Source: an uncultured Thermoleophilia bacterium (GTDB taxonomy: Bacteria > Actinomycetota > Thermoleophilia > UBA2241). Taken from it: a stretch of 64,000 nucleotides of DNA. The stretch lies in assembly GCA_963705205.1 (NCBI GenBank), contig CAVPJG010000008.1:72-64071 (forward strand), in the 5' to 3' direction. The position numbers and the translations under genes are program-made. The notes under the pieces were generated by a model. The model worked only from the letters and a program-made list of their open reading frames with translations, was not told where the DNA came from and searched no databases. Shown here in pieces: positions 1-9,525 of the stretch (positions are counted from its first letter, which is position 1; each line of letters starts with the position of its first letter).

Positions 1-351
1 GGGCGCTTCCGGCTCATGGAGGTCAACGCGCGCCACTGGAAGTGGCGCGGGCTGGCCGCGCGCTGCGGCGTCAACCTCTCCTACGCCGCCTACCGCGACG
101 CGATCGGCGACCCGTACATCGCCCGCCGTCAGCAGGATGGCGTCAAGTGGATCGTGGTCAACAAGGACGTGCCGCTGGCGCTCATGGAGATCGCCAGGCG
201 CCAGCGAAGCGCGCGCGAGTACGCACGCTCACTGCGCGGCACGCGCATGGACGGCCTGCACGCGTTCGATGACCCGCTGCGGCTGTTCAACGCCAGCGCC
301 GCGGTCAGGCAGGTGCTGACGCGCGCGCCGCGTTCGAGGGAGGACGTGTGA
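1..351 (+). CDS. ATP-grasp family protein, C-terminal fragment (5' end outside window)
   Basis: Frame is open from base 1 to TGA 349-351. ...RFRLMEVNARHWKW...VKWIVVNKDVPLALMEI resembles the C-terminal lobe of COG3919-type ATP-grasp ligases (from memory). Confidence 0.6.
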   Translation, partial: GRFRLMEVNARHWKWRGLAARCGVNLSYAAYRDAIGDPYIARRQQDGVKWIVVNKDVPLALMEIARRQRSAREYARSLRGTRMDGLHAFDDPLRLFNASAAVRQVLTRAPRSREDV

Positions 352-1857
352 GCAGCCGCGAGTCGCGGCGCCGGCGGCCGCGCGGGGGAGCGCGCTGGTG
401 ACCCTGCCCGAGCTGCAGGTGTAGGTCGGCGCGCCCGAGGCGTTCGCGCCGCGCGCCGAGTGGGTGCTCAGCACGCTGCTCGCGCCGCTGGGCCGCGGTG
501 CGACGTTCACTCGCGACCCAGCGCAGGCGAGCGGCGCCGCGCTGGCATACGCGGCCGCCCCGGTGGCCGGGTGCCGACGGTCCCCTGCGACGCCGGGGCG
601 ATGGAGCTGATCACCGCGGAGCGGCCGCTGCCGGCAGGCGCCTTCACCGGGCGAGGGAGTGGCGACGGCGCCGCCGTCGCCGCCTGGCCCGCCGGCCCCG
701 AGGCCGGCTTCGCCGCCTGTTCGACCTCGTCGCCTCCGCGTTCGTCCTGTCGCCTGCTGGGACGAGCGCACCACCGGCGAGCGCGACGAGTACGGCCGCC
801 TGCCGTTCGCCGCAGCATCTTCGCCGCCAATCCCGGACTGCGCATCGACGAGCCGGCTGTGGACCGCTACGCGGAGCTGCTGCGCGGCGCCCTGGCGCCG
901 CGCCTCGCGGAGCTCGGTCTCGAGGCGCTCCCGGCAACAGGAGCGTCTGGGGAGCGCGCGGCCGCTGCGCGATCGCGCTCACCCACGACCTCGACAACCT
1001 GTGGCGCTGGACACGGCGCGGCTTCGCCGCCGCCGGTACCGCACCGCCCGCGCGGCCCGGCACCTCGATGGCCGCGCCGTCGCCCGCGAACTGGGCGACG
1101 GCGTCGACTGGCTGGTCCGCCACCTGCCGCGCCGCACCGACCCCTTCTGGACGTCCCGCAGATCCTCTCCGGCGAGGACGTACATGGCGTCTCCTCGACC
1201 TCTTCGTCATCGCCCGGCACACGCACAAGCAGGACGGCAACCAGCCTGGTGCGTCCACCAAGCAGATCCCCCGAGGCGCTGCGCCTGGTCACGGAGGCTG
1301 GACGCAGGTGAGCCTCCACGGCAACGACGCCGACCGCCTCGCGCTCGCCGAGGTCGTGCGCAACCAGGACAACCTGCCGGGCGCTGGGTCGCGCCGTCAG
1401 CGGCATCCGCTACCACTACCTCGGGGCCCTCTACCGCGAGACGCTGCCGATGCTGGAGCAGGCCGGGTCCACCTACGACGCCGCGCTGGCGTTCGCCGAA
1501 CACGAGGGCTTTCGCTGCGGCTGCTCCTTCCCGTTCCGGCCGTACGCAGTGGCCGACGAGCGGCCCCTCGACCTCGTCGAGCTGCCGCTCGCGGTCATGG
1601 ACGGCACCCTGCAGGAGCCGCACTACCGCGGGCTGGCGGCGGCCGACGCCGAGCACGCCGCCGCCTCCATGCTCGCCCGCGCCCTGCGCAGCGGTGGAGC
1701 GGTCAGCCTGCTGTGGCACAACAACCGCTTCGACAAGCGCGTCTCTCGGGGCTACGACGCCGTGTACTGGCGCCTGATCGACCAGGCGCTGGCGCGCGGC
1801 GCCTGGTGCACCAGCGCCGCCGACGTGGTGGCCCGCTGGAAGGAGGCGACGGCGTGA
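348..1857 (+). pseudogene. polysaccharide deacetylase-like protein, many frame disruptions
   Basis: Protein-like blocks are scattered over all three + frames: AEWVLSTLLAPLGRG, LFDLVASAFVL, NPGLRIDEPAVDRYAELLRGALAPRL, IALTHDLDNLWRWTRRGF, VSLHGNDADRLALAEV. The C-terminal block MLEQAGSTYDAALAFAEHEGFRCGCSFPFRPY...LLWHNNRF is ORF 1450..1857. GTG 348 overlaps the upstream stop (GTGA). Confidence 0.5.
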
Positions 1858-2980
1858 CCCGCGTCCTCCACCTCAGCGTCGTCCACAAGCCGACGATCCG
1901 CGCATCTACGAGCGCGAGTGCCGGACGCTGGCCCAGGCCGGCTACGAAGTGATGTACATGGTCCCCGGGACGAGCCGGGCCGCGACGACGCCGGCGTCAT
2001 CCTGGCGCCGCTGCCGGAGCGCGGCCGAGCACACGTCCTGAGCTCCGTGGAGATCACCCGGGCTCTGCGCCTGCTCAAGCCCGACGTGCTGCACGTGCAC
2101 GACCCGGAGCTGCTCACGCTGTTCCCGGCGGTCAGGGCGTTCGTGCCACGGCTCGTCTACGACATGCACGAGTACGTGCCCGAGGCCGTCGCCGGCAAGC
2201 CCTACCTCCCGGCGAAGATCCGCCCGGCCGCCTCGCAGACCACGGCCGTCGCCCAGAGGAGCCTGGCGGCGCTGGGCTCGGGCGTCGTGGTCGTCACCGA
2301 CGACCAGCTGGCCGCGCTGGGCAGCGCGCCGAAGCTCCGTCTCGTGCTGCCCAACTACCCGCGGACCTCCCGCTTCGAGGGCGCCGAGCCGATCGCCAGC
2401 TCGCCGCCGACCCGCGCCTCAAGCTCATCTACGTCGGCAGCCTCTCGCGCGCCCGCGGCTGCACGATGATGCTGGACGTCATGGAGCGGTCGCGCCGGAC
2501 GAGGCCGTCCTGTACCTCGGCGGCACCTTCAACGACACGGCGCTGGAGCTGGAGGTCGGCGAGCGGCTGGCCCTGGGCCTCGCCGACCGCGTCAAGCTGC
2601 TCGGCCGCGTCCCGCCGCGAGAGCTGCCGCGCTACCTGGCGGCGGCCGATGTCGTCTGGGTGCCGTCGCAGCCCGACCGCCAGTACAGCCACCCGACCAT
2701 CCCCACGAAACTGCTCGAGGGCATGACGATGGGGCTCGCCGCGCTGGTCAGCGACATGCCGGGGCGTGGCGAGCTCGTGCGCCTCGAGGAGTGCGGCTCG
2801 CCGTGGAGCCGGGCGCCAACGGCCACCTGCGGGGGCTTCGGCGCCTCCTCGATGAACCGCCGGGCGCTGCCGGAGATGGGCGCTCGCGGCCGCCGCGCGG
2901 TCGAGCGCCGCTACAGCTGGGAAGCCGTGCAGGACGACCTCATCGACTTCTACGGCTCGCTCTGCGCCGGCCTCCCCTGA
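1854..2980 (+). pseudogene. GT4-family glycosyltransferase, about six frame disruptions
   Basis: GTG 1854 with AGGAGG at 1841, overlapping the upstream stop. GT4-like blocks VTRVLHLSVVHKP, YERECRTLAQAGYEV, LKPDVLHVHDPELL, LIYVGSLSRARG, VKLLGRVPPRELPRYLAAADVVWVPS, TKLLEGMTMGLA and RRYSWEAVQDDLIDFY lie in different frames. Shifts are near 1893, 1962, 2395, 2492, 2795 and 2860. Confidence 0.65.
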
Positions 2981-3001
2981 CGGCCGCCCGGCGCCGGACC
3001 C

Positions 3002-3831
3002 TCACCTGGGCTCGCCGAACAGGCACCTCTCCGCGTTCTTGGCGAAGAACAGCTCCCTGACCTGCGGCTTGACGGCGTCGGTCCACGCCTCCACCGCGGC
3101 GCCGAACTCCACCAGCGGGTAGTCGGTGCCGGACAGGCAGCGGTCCTTGAGGTAGGAGTTGACCGCCTGGATGGTCGCCTCGGGCAGGTACTTCGGCCAG
3201 AGGGCGCTGAACTCGAGGAAGATGTTCGGGTGCTTCTGCGCCACGGCGAGGGCGAGGACCCCGAAGCCGTTGCCGGCGTGCGAGATCACAGCTTGAGGCT
3301 CGGGAAGTTCATGGCGATCTCGTCCATGTACTGGGGGTCGCCGAGCCACATGCTCTGGAAGCGGTTGTAGTGCAGGCTGCCGTCGACGATCGCCACGAGG
3401 TTGTTGCTCTCGCAGTACGCGTAGATGGGGTAGAGCACGCTGGCGTTGGCCGGGATGCCCCAGATGAACGGGCTGACGTTGACCCCCAGGAAGCCGGCCT
3501 GACGGCACCGCTCCAGCTCCTCCAGATTGCGGCGCACGCCGTTCGAGGGATGGACGCCGGCGATGTAGTGAAAGGGGTCGTCGCCGCCGAGGCCGTCGCG
3601 GACCTCCATGATGTGGTCGTTGTCCGCGATGGACCCGCCGCACACGACGCCTCGCGACACGCCCTCACTCCGCGTCATGGCCACGAACTCCGCCATCTCG
3701 AGCGGCGTGAGTCTGGGCCGCATGTTGTAGAGCTCGATGTACTGGGAGAACTGTGGCGCCGGATCGTCGGGGTTCCAGGGACCGAGCATGTGCGGTGTCC
3801 GCAGGCGCACGCGGAAGTCGACGACGTCCAT
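3002..3831 (-). pseudogene. amidohydrolase-2 (TIM-barrel metal-dependent hydrolase) family, one frame break near 3285
   Basis: ORF 3286..3831 (MDVVDFRVRL...GVHPSNG...MNFPSLKL*) continues in ORF 3002..3643 as VISHAGNGFG...CLSGTDYPLVEF...FFAKNAERCLF. The junction AAGCTGTGATCTCGCAC needs a 1-nt correction. Confidence 0.6.
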
Positions 3832-3857
3832 AGGGGATCCTTTCGTCTCTCGGGCGG

Positions 3858-4996
3858 CTAGTTCGATCGTGGCAGTCCTTCCAGGACGAGTGAGGTGATG
3901 TCCCAGTGCGCGTTGCCCGTGACCGCGGGTTCCCCCCGCAGCTCCTCCGGGATGTAGAGATAGAACTGGCGCGGGCCGGCCTCTTGAACAGCCCGCCCCG
4001 CGTGAACAGCGAGGAGTCGATGAAGCCGGCGCGGCTCAGCCGGCGCGGCAGGAGGGTGGAGCGCCGCAGCGCCAGGCACTTGACGCGAGACAACCGGAGC
4101 TCCCAGCCCCACCGGGTCAGCGCCGCGAAGAGCTGGTCGAACAGCTCGGCGCGGGCGCCGTCCACGAGGACGTCGACCACGTGCAGGTCGCCCTCCTGGA
4201 CGAAGGCGATGGCATACCCCAGGAGCCCGCCGTCCCCGTGCATGGTCAGGTACCTGTGCTCGACGTGGGGGTCGTCGTTCACCCGCCACCGCAGGTAGCC
4301 GGCGCTGCGGTCGACGGTGACGCCGTACTGGCGGCGGTTCCGCTCCCAGAGGCCCGCGATCGCCTCCAGCGGAGCATCCGCTCGGTCGTGCACGGCCACC
4401 CGGTACCGGCTCGAGCGTTCGCGACGCACGTGGCTGTACGCCTGTAGAGCCCCGGCCAGCAGGGAGCCGAGCGCGGGGGCGAGCTTCTTCGCGCCCTTTG
4501 CCCTCAGGATCGAACCGATGTCCTCACGGAGCACGCCCGTCTTCAGCCAGAGTGTGTAGTTGGCCCAATCGTCGAACGCGACGTAGCCAAGCTTGCTGCG
4601 GACCCGTCCGACGGCACCGGCCGACACCGTGCCCGCCGTGGTGAAGAAGAAGCTGTACCGCTCCTTCTCCCGCTCGAAGCACTCGCGCTCGTGCGCGGAG
4701 TACAGGCCCGTGCCCCGGTGGTCGGGGTGGCTCATGCAGTTCTCCGTCTTGCCCGCGAGCACCGGACGGCCCCAAACGCTGAGCGGCGTGGGGATGAGGC
4801 TGTACTGGGCGACGAGCTGGTCACCTTCCTCGCGGTCGAGGTCGAAGACCAGGTTCATGCTCCCCTGGCCGGCCCACGTGTCGAGCCACTCCCAGGCGAA
4901 CTCCTCGGGCGTCCGGTCTCTGCCCGTGAGGGACAGGTAGAGGCGGTTGATCTGAGCCTCATCGCCCGGCTGATAGGCACGACTGAGTGTACGCAC
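3858..4996 (-). pseudogene. two-domain GNAT-type acetyltransferase, frame break near 3970
   Basis: MRTLSRAYQPGDEAQINRLYLSL...HRGTGLYSAHERECFE...GYAIAFVQEGDLHVVDVLV... lies within the long ORF 3665..6007. The C-terminus switches frame to ...QFYLYIPEELRGEPAVTGNAHWD (ORF 3858..4289). GTG 4996 is preferred over ATG 5095 because it leaves about 114 bp for divergent promoters. Confidence 0.5.
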
Positions 4997-5110
4997 TCGG
5001 GGAGACCTGCCTCGCCCGGACTGCTCGTCGAGCAGGCCGTCGCCACGGGCAGTATCCTCCAGCATCGCCTGAGCGCACAACCGGCCGGTCGTCATCCCCG
5101 AGCATGTAAG

Positions 5111-6352
5111 ATGTGGCGCATGGACGGAGCTCACGATCGCGCCGACGCGCGCGCCGGCACGGTCGGGGGCCGGCTCCTCAAGGTCCTCGTCGTGTCGCAC
5201 TTGTATCCGTGGCCCGAAGCCGAGCGCCACCTCTTCGTCCACCAGCAGGTCCTGGCGCTCAAGGAGCTCGGCGTCGAGTCGCGCGTGCTGTCCCCGACGC
5301 CGTGGGCGCCACGCGCCCTCTGGCGTAGCGAGCGCCAGCGGCGGCGCGGCCGCAAGCCGCGCCAAGCGGTCCGCGACGGCGTCGTCGCCGAGTACCCGCG
5401 TGTCCTGCAGCCGCCGCGGCACCTCCTCTTCGACCGCCTCGGCGACATCGCGTACCGCACCGTCCGCCGGCTGCCCTCGGTGCGGTCGGCCGGCTATGAC
5501 CTCGTGCACGCGCACCAGGCGCTGCCGGACGGCGCGCTGGCGCAGCGCCTCGCCGCCGACCTCGGCGTGCCGGCGGTGATCACCGTGCACGGCGCCGACG
5601 TCTACCAGCACCTCCGTATGGGCGGCGCCGTGGAACGGCGCGTTCGGCAGGTTCTCGGCGGCGCCGACTCGGTGATGGCGAACTCCAGCGTCGTCGCCCG
5701 CCTGCTCGCTGATGTGGTGGCGCCGGAGAGGCTGACGGTCGTCCTCAACGGTACCACCGGCCTGGACGCTCAGGTCGAGCCGGCGTCCGACTACCTCCCC
5801 GGCGAACCGCTCGTGCTCACCGTGGGGCAGCTGATCGAACGGAAGGGCACGGCCGACCTCATCACCGCCATGGGCAAGCTGCGGCGCAACGGGCGGCGCG
5901 TCCACCTCGCGATCGTCGGCGAAGGACCGTTGCGGCACGCACTCCAGGAGCAGGCCGCGGCTGAGGGCGTGACCGACGACGTCCACTTCGTCGGCCGCAT
6001 GGAGCACGCCAGGGTGCTCGCGATGATGGCGCGCGCGCAGCTCTTCGCCCTGCCGAGCTGGGACGAGGCCTTCGGGCTCGTCTACACGGAGGCCATGGCC
6101 CAGGGCACACCCGTGCTCGCCCTCCGGGGGGGAGGCCCCGAGGACTTCATCGACCCCGGCGTGAGCGGCGGCTGGCTGATCGCCGCGCGTGACCCCGACG
6201 CCATCGCGGGAGTCATCGCTCAGGTACTCGACGACCCGGACGGGGCGGCGGCGATCGGCGCGGCAGGTCGCGCCACCGCCCTCGGCCTCAGCTGGCGGCG
6301 CAACGCCCGCCTGACGCTCGACGTCTACGAACGCGTGCTCAAGGGCCGGTGA
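5111..6352 (+). CDS. GT4-family glycosyltransferase
   Basis: Real part of ORF 4691..6352: LKVLVVSHLYPWPE..., VITVHGADV, LTVGQLIERKG, LAIVGEGPL, LFALPSWDEAFGLVYTEAMAQGTPV (E-x7-E-type GT4 block). Start could be 5111 or 5120. Confidence 0.85.
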   Translation: MWRMDGAHDRADARAGTVGGRLLKVLVVSHLYPWPEAERHLFVHQQVLALKELGVESRVLSPTPWAPRALWRSERQRRRGRKPRQAVRDGVVAEYPRVLQPPRHLLFDRLGDIAYRTVRRLPSVRSAGYDLVHAHQALPDGALAQRLAADLGVPAVITVHGADVYQHLRMGGAVERRVRQVLGGADSVMANSSVVARLLADVVAPERLTVVLNGTTGLDAQVEPASDYLPGEPLVLTVGQLIERKGTADLITAMGKLRRNGRRVHLAIVGEGPLRHALQEQAAAEGVTDDVHFVGRMEHARVLAMMARAQLFALPSWDEAFGLVYTEAMAQGTPVLALRGGGPEDFIDPGVSGGWLIAARDPDAIAGVIAQVLDDPDGAAAIGAAGRATALGLSWRRNARLTLDVYERVLKGR

Positions 6353-6428
6353 GGCGGTCCGGGACGATTTGGTAGACTTCTACGGTTCGCTCTGCGCGGG
6401 GCCGGCCTGACGCCGCCCGCGCCGGCCG
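6351..6428 (+). repeat. relic copy of a glycosyltransferase 3' end plus its downstream flank (paralogous to 2921-3000)
   Basis: GAGGCGGTCCGGGACGATTTGGTAGACTTCTACGGTTCGCTCTGCGCGGGGCCGGCCTGA encodes EAVRDDLVDFYGSLCAGPA*. The end of the 1854..2980 gene encodes EAVQDDLIDFYGSLCAGLP*. The sequence after each stop is also similar. Confidence 0.7.
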
Positions 6429-6443
6429 CAAGGAGATCCCTTC

Positions 6444-7082
6444 GTGAGCATCGAACGCTTCGACAACGTGCTCGTCCTGGCGCCGCACACCGACGACGGT
6501 GAGTTCGGCTGCGGCGGCACCATGGCCCGCCTCATCGAGAACGGCGTCAAGGTCACCTACGCCGCCTTCAGCACCGCCGCAAAGAGCGTCCCCGAGGGGT
6601 TCCCCAAGGACGTGCTCAAGCACGAGGTCCGCGCCGCGACCGGCATCCTCGGCATCGCCGAGGCCGACCTCAAGGTGTACGACTTCGAGGTGCGCACCTT
6701 CCCGACCATGCGCCAGGACATCCTCGAGGAGATGATCGTCCTGCAGCGCGAGCTCGATCCGGATTGCGTGCTGCTGCCGGCGCTGATCGACCTGCACCAG
6801 GACCACAAGACCGTCGCCGAGGAGGGGCTGCGCGCCTTCAAGCGCACCACCGTGATGGCCTACGAGATCCCGTGGAACAACCTCAACTTCTCGCAGCAGG
6901 CCTACGTGCGGCTGGAGGAGCGCCACATCGAGAAGAAGGTCGCGGCGCTCTCCTGCTACGCCAGCCAGGGCCATCGCAACTACCTCAACGAGGACTACAT
7001 CCGCAACGTGGGGCTCACCCGCGGCATCAACATCGGCTGCCAGTACGCCGAGGTGTTCGAGGTCTACCGCTGGATCCTCTAG
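6444..7082 (+). CDS. PIG-L / LmbE-family N-acetylglucosaminyl deacetylase
   Basis: 212 aa with VLVLAPHTDDGEFGCGGTMARL (AHPDDE-like motif) and HQDH. GTG start. Confidence 0.9.
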   Translation: MSIERFDNVLVLAPHTDDGEFGCGGTMARLIENGVKVTYAAFSTAAKSVPEGFPKDVLKHEVRAATGILGIAEADLKVYDFEVRTFPTMRQDILEEMIVLQRELDPDCVLLPALIDLHQDHKTVAEEGLRAFKRTTVMAYEIPWNNLNFSQQAYVRLEERHIEKKVAALSCYASQGHRNYLNEDYIRNVGLTRGINIGCQYAEVFEVYRWIL

Positions 7083-7116
7083 CGCCCCACGCCGCCGCGA
7101 CCAGTCCGGAGTCCGC

Positions 7117-8160
7117 ATGACCCTGTCCCCGCTCAAGATCGTCCTCACCGCCGCCGGCTGCCCGGGCGCGAGCACGCTGATCGGGCAGCTCAAGGCGAAC
7201 GGCGAGCGCGAGATCCACATCCACGGCGTCGACATGCGGCCGGACGCCGTCGGCAGGTTCATGTGCGACGGCTTCAGCCTCGTTCCGCCGGGCGCCTCCC
7301 CCGAGTACATCCCGGGGCTCGCCGCTGTCGTCGAGCGCGAGCGCCCGGACCTGCTCTTCGTCCAGTCCTCGCACGAGATCGAGACGGTGGCGCGCCACCG
7401 CGACGTGTTCGAGACGCTCGGGACGCGCGTGCTCGCCGACGGCGTGCGCGGCATCGAGATCGCCGGCGACAAGGCGGTCATGCACGCCGCCTGCAGCGAG
7501 ATCCCGGTACCGCAGCCGGAGCTGCTCCGGCCGGCGAGCCTCGAGGAGTTCGTCGCCGGCGCCCGCGAGCTCGGCTACCCGGACGTGCCCGTCTGCTTCA
7601 AGCCACCGGTCGCCAAGGGCTCGCGCGGCTTCCGCATCCTCTCCGCGCACGTCGATCGCGTCCACGACCTTCTCTACGAGAAGCCGATCAACCGGTACAT
7701 GACGCTCGACGACTTCGTCGACCTCTTCACCGGCTACGAGCCGTTCCCCGAGCTCATGCTGATGGAGTACGTCGACGCGCCCGAGATCACCGTCGACCTC
7801 TTCGCCGACAAGGGAGAGGTGGTCTTCCACCAGACGCGCACCCGCGAGGAGTTCCTCACCGGCCTCGCGATGGCGTTCAAGACCATCGACCGGCCGCAGC
7901 TCGTGGAGCTCACGCGCAGGGTGGTCCGCCACCTCGGGCTGGACTACTACCAGAGCGTGCAGTGGATCGGCGGCCGGCTGCTCGAGATCAATCCGCGCGT
8001 CAGCACCTTCGTGTACCAAGAGGACTTCATCATCCCGTACCTTGGGATCAAGTACGCGCTGGGCGAGCTCGGCGCGAACGACGTGGCGGAGATCCAGGCA
8101 CGGGTGCGCACCAGCCGCAGGTCGGTGCGCTACTACGACCAGGTGTTCTGGGACGAGTAG
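7117..8160 (+). CDS. ATP-grasp domain ligase (CarB/PylC-like fold)
   Basis: 347 aa: KPPVAKGSRGFRIL, LMLMEYV, ITVDLF, LLEINPRVS. Typical ATP-grasp layout. Confidence 0.85.
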   Translation: MTLSPLKIVLTAAGCPGASTLIGQLKANGEREIHIHGVDMRPDAVGRFMCDGFSLVPPGASPEYIPGLAAVVERERPDLLFVQSSHEIETVARHRDVFETLGTRVLADGVRGIEIAGDKAVMHAACSEIPVPQPELLRPASLEEFVAGARELGYPDVPVCFKPPVAKGSRGFRILSAHVDRVHDLLYEKPINRYMTLDDFVDLFTGYEPFPELMLMEYVDAPEITVDLFADKGEVVFHQTRTREEFLTGLAMAFKTIDRPQLVELTRRVVRHLGLDYYQSVQWIGGRLLEINPRVSTFVYQEDFIIPYLGIKYALGELGANDVAEIQARVRTSRRSVRYYDQVFWDE

Positions 8161-9416
8161 TGCACATCCTCTTCCTGACGCACTACTTCACCCCCGAGAA
8201 CAACGCCCCCGCCGCGCGCGTGCACGGGATGGCGCGGGAGTGGGCACGCAGCGGGCACCGCGTCACGGTGCTGACCTGCGCGCCCAACGTCCCCGCCGGG
8301 GTCGTGTACGAGGGCTACGAGAACAAGCTGTACCAGGAAGAGTGGATCGACGGCATCCGCACGGTACGCGTCTGGACCTGGCTCGCGGCCAACAGGGGCC
8401 GCGTGCGTCGTGGCCTCAACTACGTCTCGTACCTGGCCGCGGCGGGCGCGGCCGGGCCGCTGCTGCGGCCGCGCGCCGACGTCGTCATCGCCACCACCCC
8501 GCAGTTCTTCGCCGGCTGGGCCGGCTGGCCGGTCGCGCGCGCCCACGGCGCGCCGTTCGTGCTCGAGGTCCGCGACATCTGGCCCGACTCCATCGTCGCC
8601 GTCGGCGCCCTCGGAGAGGGTCGTATCACCCGGACGCTGGGCGGGCTTGAGCGCGCCCTCTACGACAGCGCTGATCACATCGTCGCCGTCGGCGACGGCT
8701 ATCGCATGAACATGATCCGCAAAGGCGTCGGCCCCTCCCGCATCTCCGTGGTCACGAACGGCGTCGACACCGACCTGTTCGAGCCGCGCGAACCCGACCA
8801 GGAGCTCCGCGCGCGGCTGGGCTTCTCGCCCGGGACCTTCGTCGTCACCTTCGCCGGCACCATCGGCATGGCCAGCGGCCTCGAAGTGGCGCTCGGCGCG
8901 GCCCGCAGGCTCGAGGAGAAGGGCCGCGGCGACATCGCCTTCCTGCTCATCGGCGACGGCGCCGTGCGCGCCGGGCTGGAGGAGACTGCCCGCGCGCAGG
9001 ATCTCGCGAACGTGGTCTTCACCGGCCTTGTGCCGCGCGCCGACCTGCCGGCCTACCTCGCCAGCAGCGACGCCTGCCTCGTGCACTTCCGCAAGGACGA
9101 GCTCTTCGGGACGATCCTGCCGAGCAAGTTCTTCGAGGACGCCGCCATGGAGCGGCCGATCCTGCTCGGGTTCGAGGGCGACGCCCGGGCGATGCTGCAC
9201 GAGGCGGACTGCGGCATCGCCTTCGAGCCGTCCAAAGCCGAGGAGCTGGCGGCGGCGGCCGAACGCCTCGCCGCCGCGACGCCGCAGGAGCGGCGGCGGC
9301 TCGGCGAGAACGGCCGCCGCTACGTCCTCGAGCGCTTCGACCGCCGCAGGCTCGCGCACGACTACCTCGAGGTCCTCGAGCGCGTGCGCGCCGACTTCGG
9401 GCGCGGCCGCCGGTGA
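8160..9416 (+). CDS. GT4-family glycosyltransferase (WbuB-like)
   Basis: GTG 8160 overlaps the upstream TAG by 1 nt. VHILFLTHYFTPENNAPAARVHGMAREW..., VLEVRDIWPDS, FAGTIGMASGLE, LPSKFFEDAAMERPIL. Confidence 0.85.
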   Translation: MHILFLTHYFTPENNAPAARVHGMAREWARSGHRVTVLTCAPNVPAGVVYEGYENKLYQEEWIDGIRTVRVWTWLAANRGRVRRGLNYVSYLAAAGAAGPLLRPRADVVIATTPQFFAGWAGWPVARAHGAPFVLEVRDIWPDSIVAVGALGEGRITRTLGGLERALYDSADHIVAVGDGYRMNMIRKGVGPSRISVVTNGVDTDLFEPREPDQELRARLGFSPGTFVVTFAGTIGMASGLEVALGAARRLEEKGRGDIAFLLIGDGAVRAGLEETARAQDLANVVFTGLVPRADLPAYLASSDACLVHFRKDELFGTILPSKFFEDAAMERPILLGFEGDARAMLHEADCGIAFEPSKAEELAAAAERLAAATPQERRRLGENGRRYVLERFDRRRLAHDYLEVLERVRADFGRGRR

Positions 9417-9525
9417 GCACCCGGACCGGCTGCGCCGCAGGGCCGCGCGGGCCCGCAGCGCAACCCGGCCCAGCCGTCTGCGGTACACTGGCGCGAAGCA
9501 GCCGCCGCCTCCGGAGGAGGAGCGC

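Noticed and set aside
3665-6007. 780-aa ORF, the longest in this region of the supplied track
   Set aside because: It is a chimera. Only the middle (about 3975-4996) reads like a GNAT protein. The 5' third is antisense to the well-supported GT4 gene 5111-6352, and the 3' end is the wrong frame of the GNAT C-terminus. It is typical high-GC stop-codon depletion.
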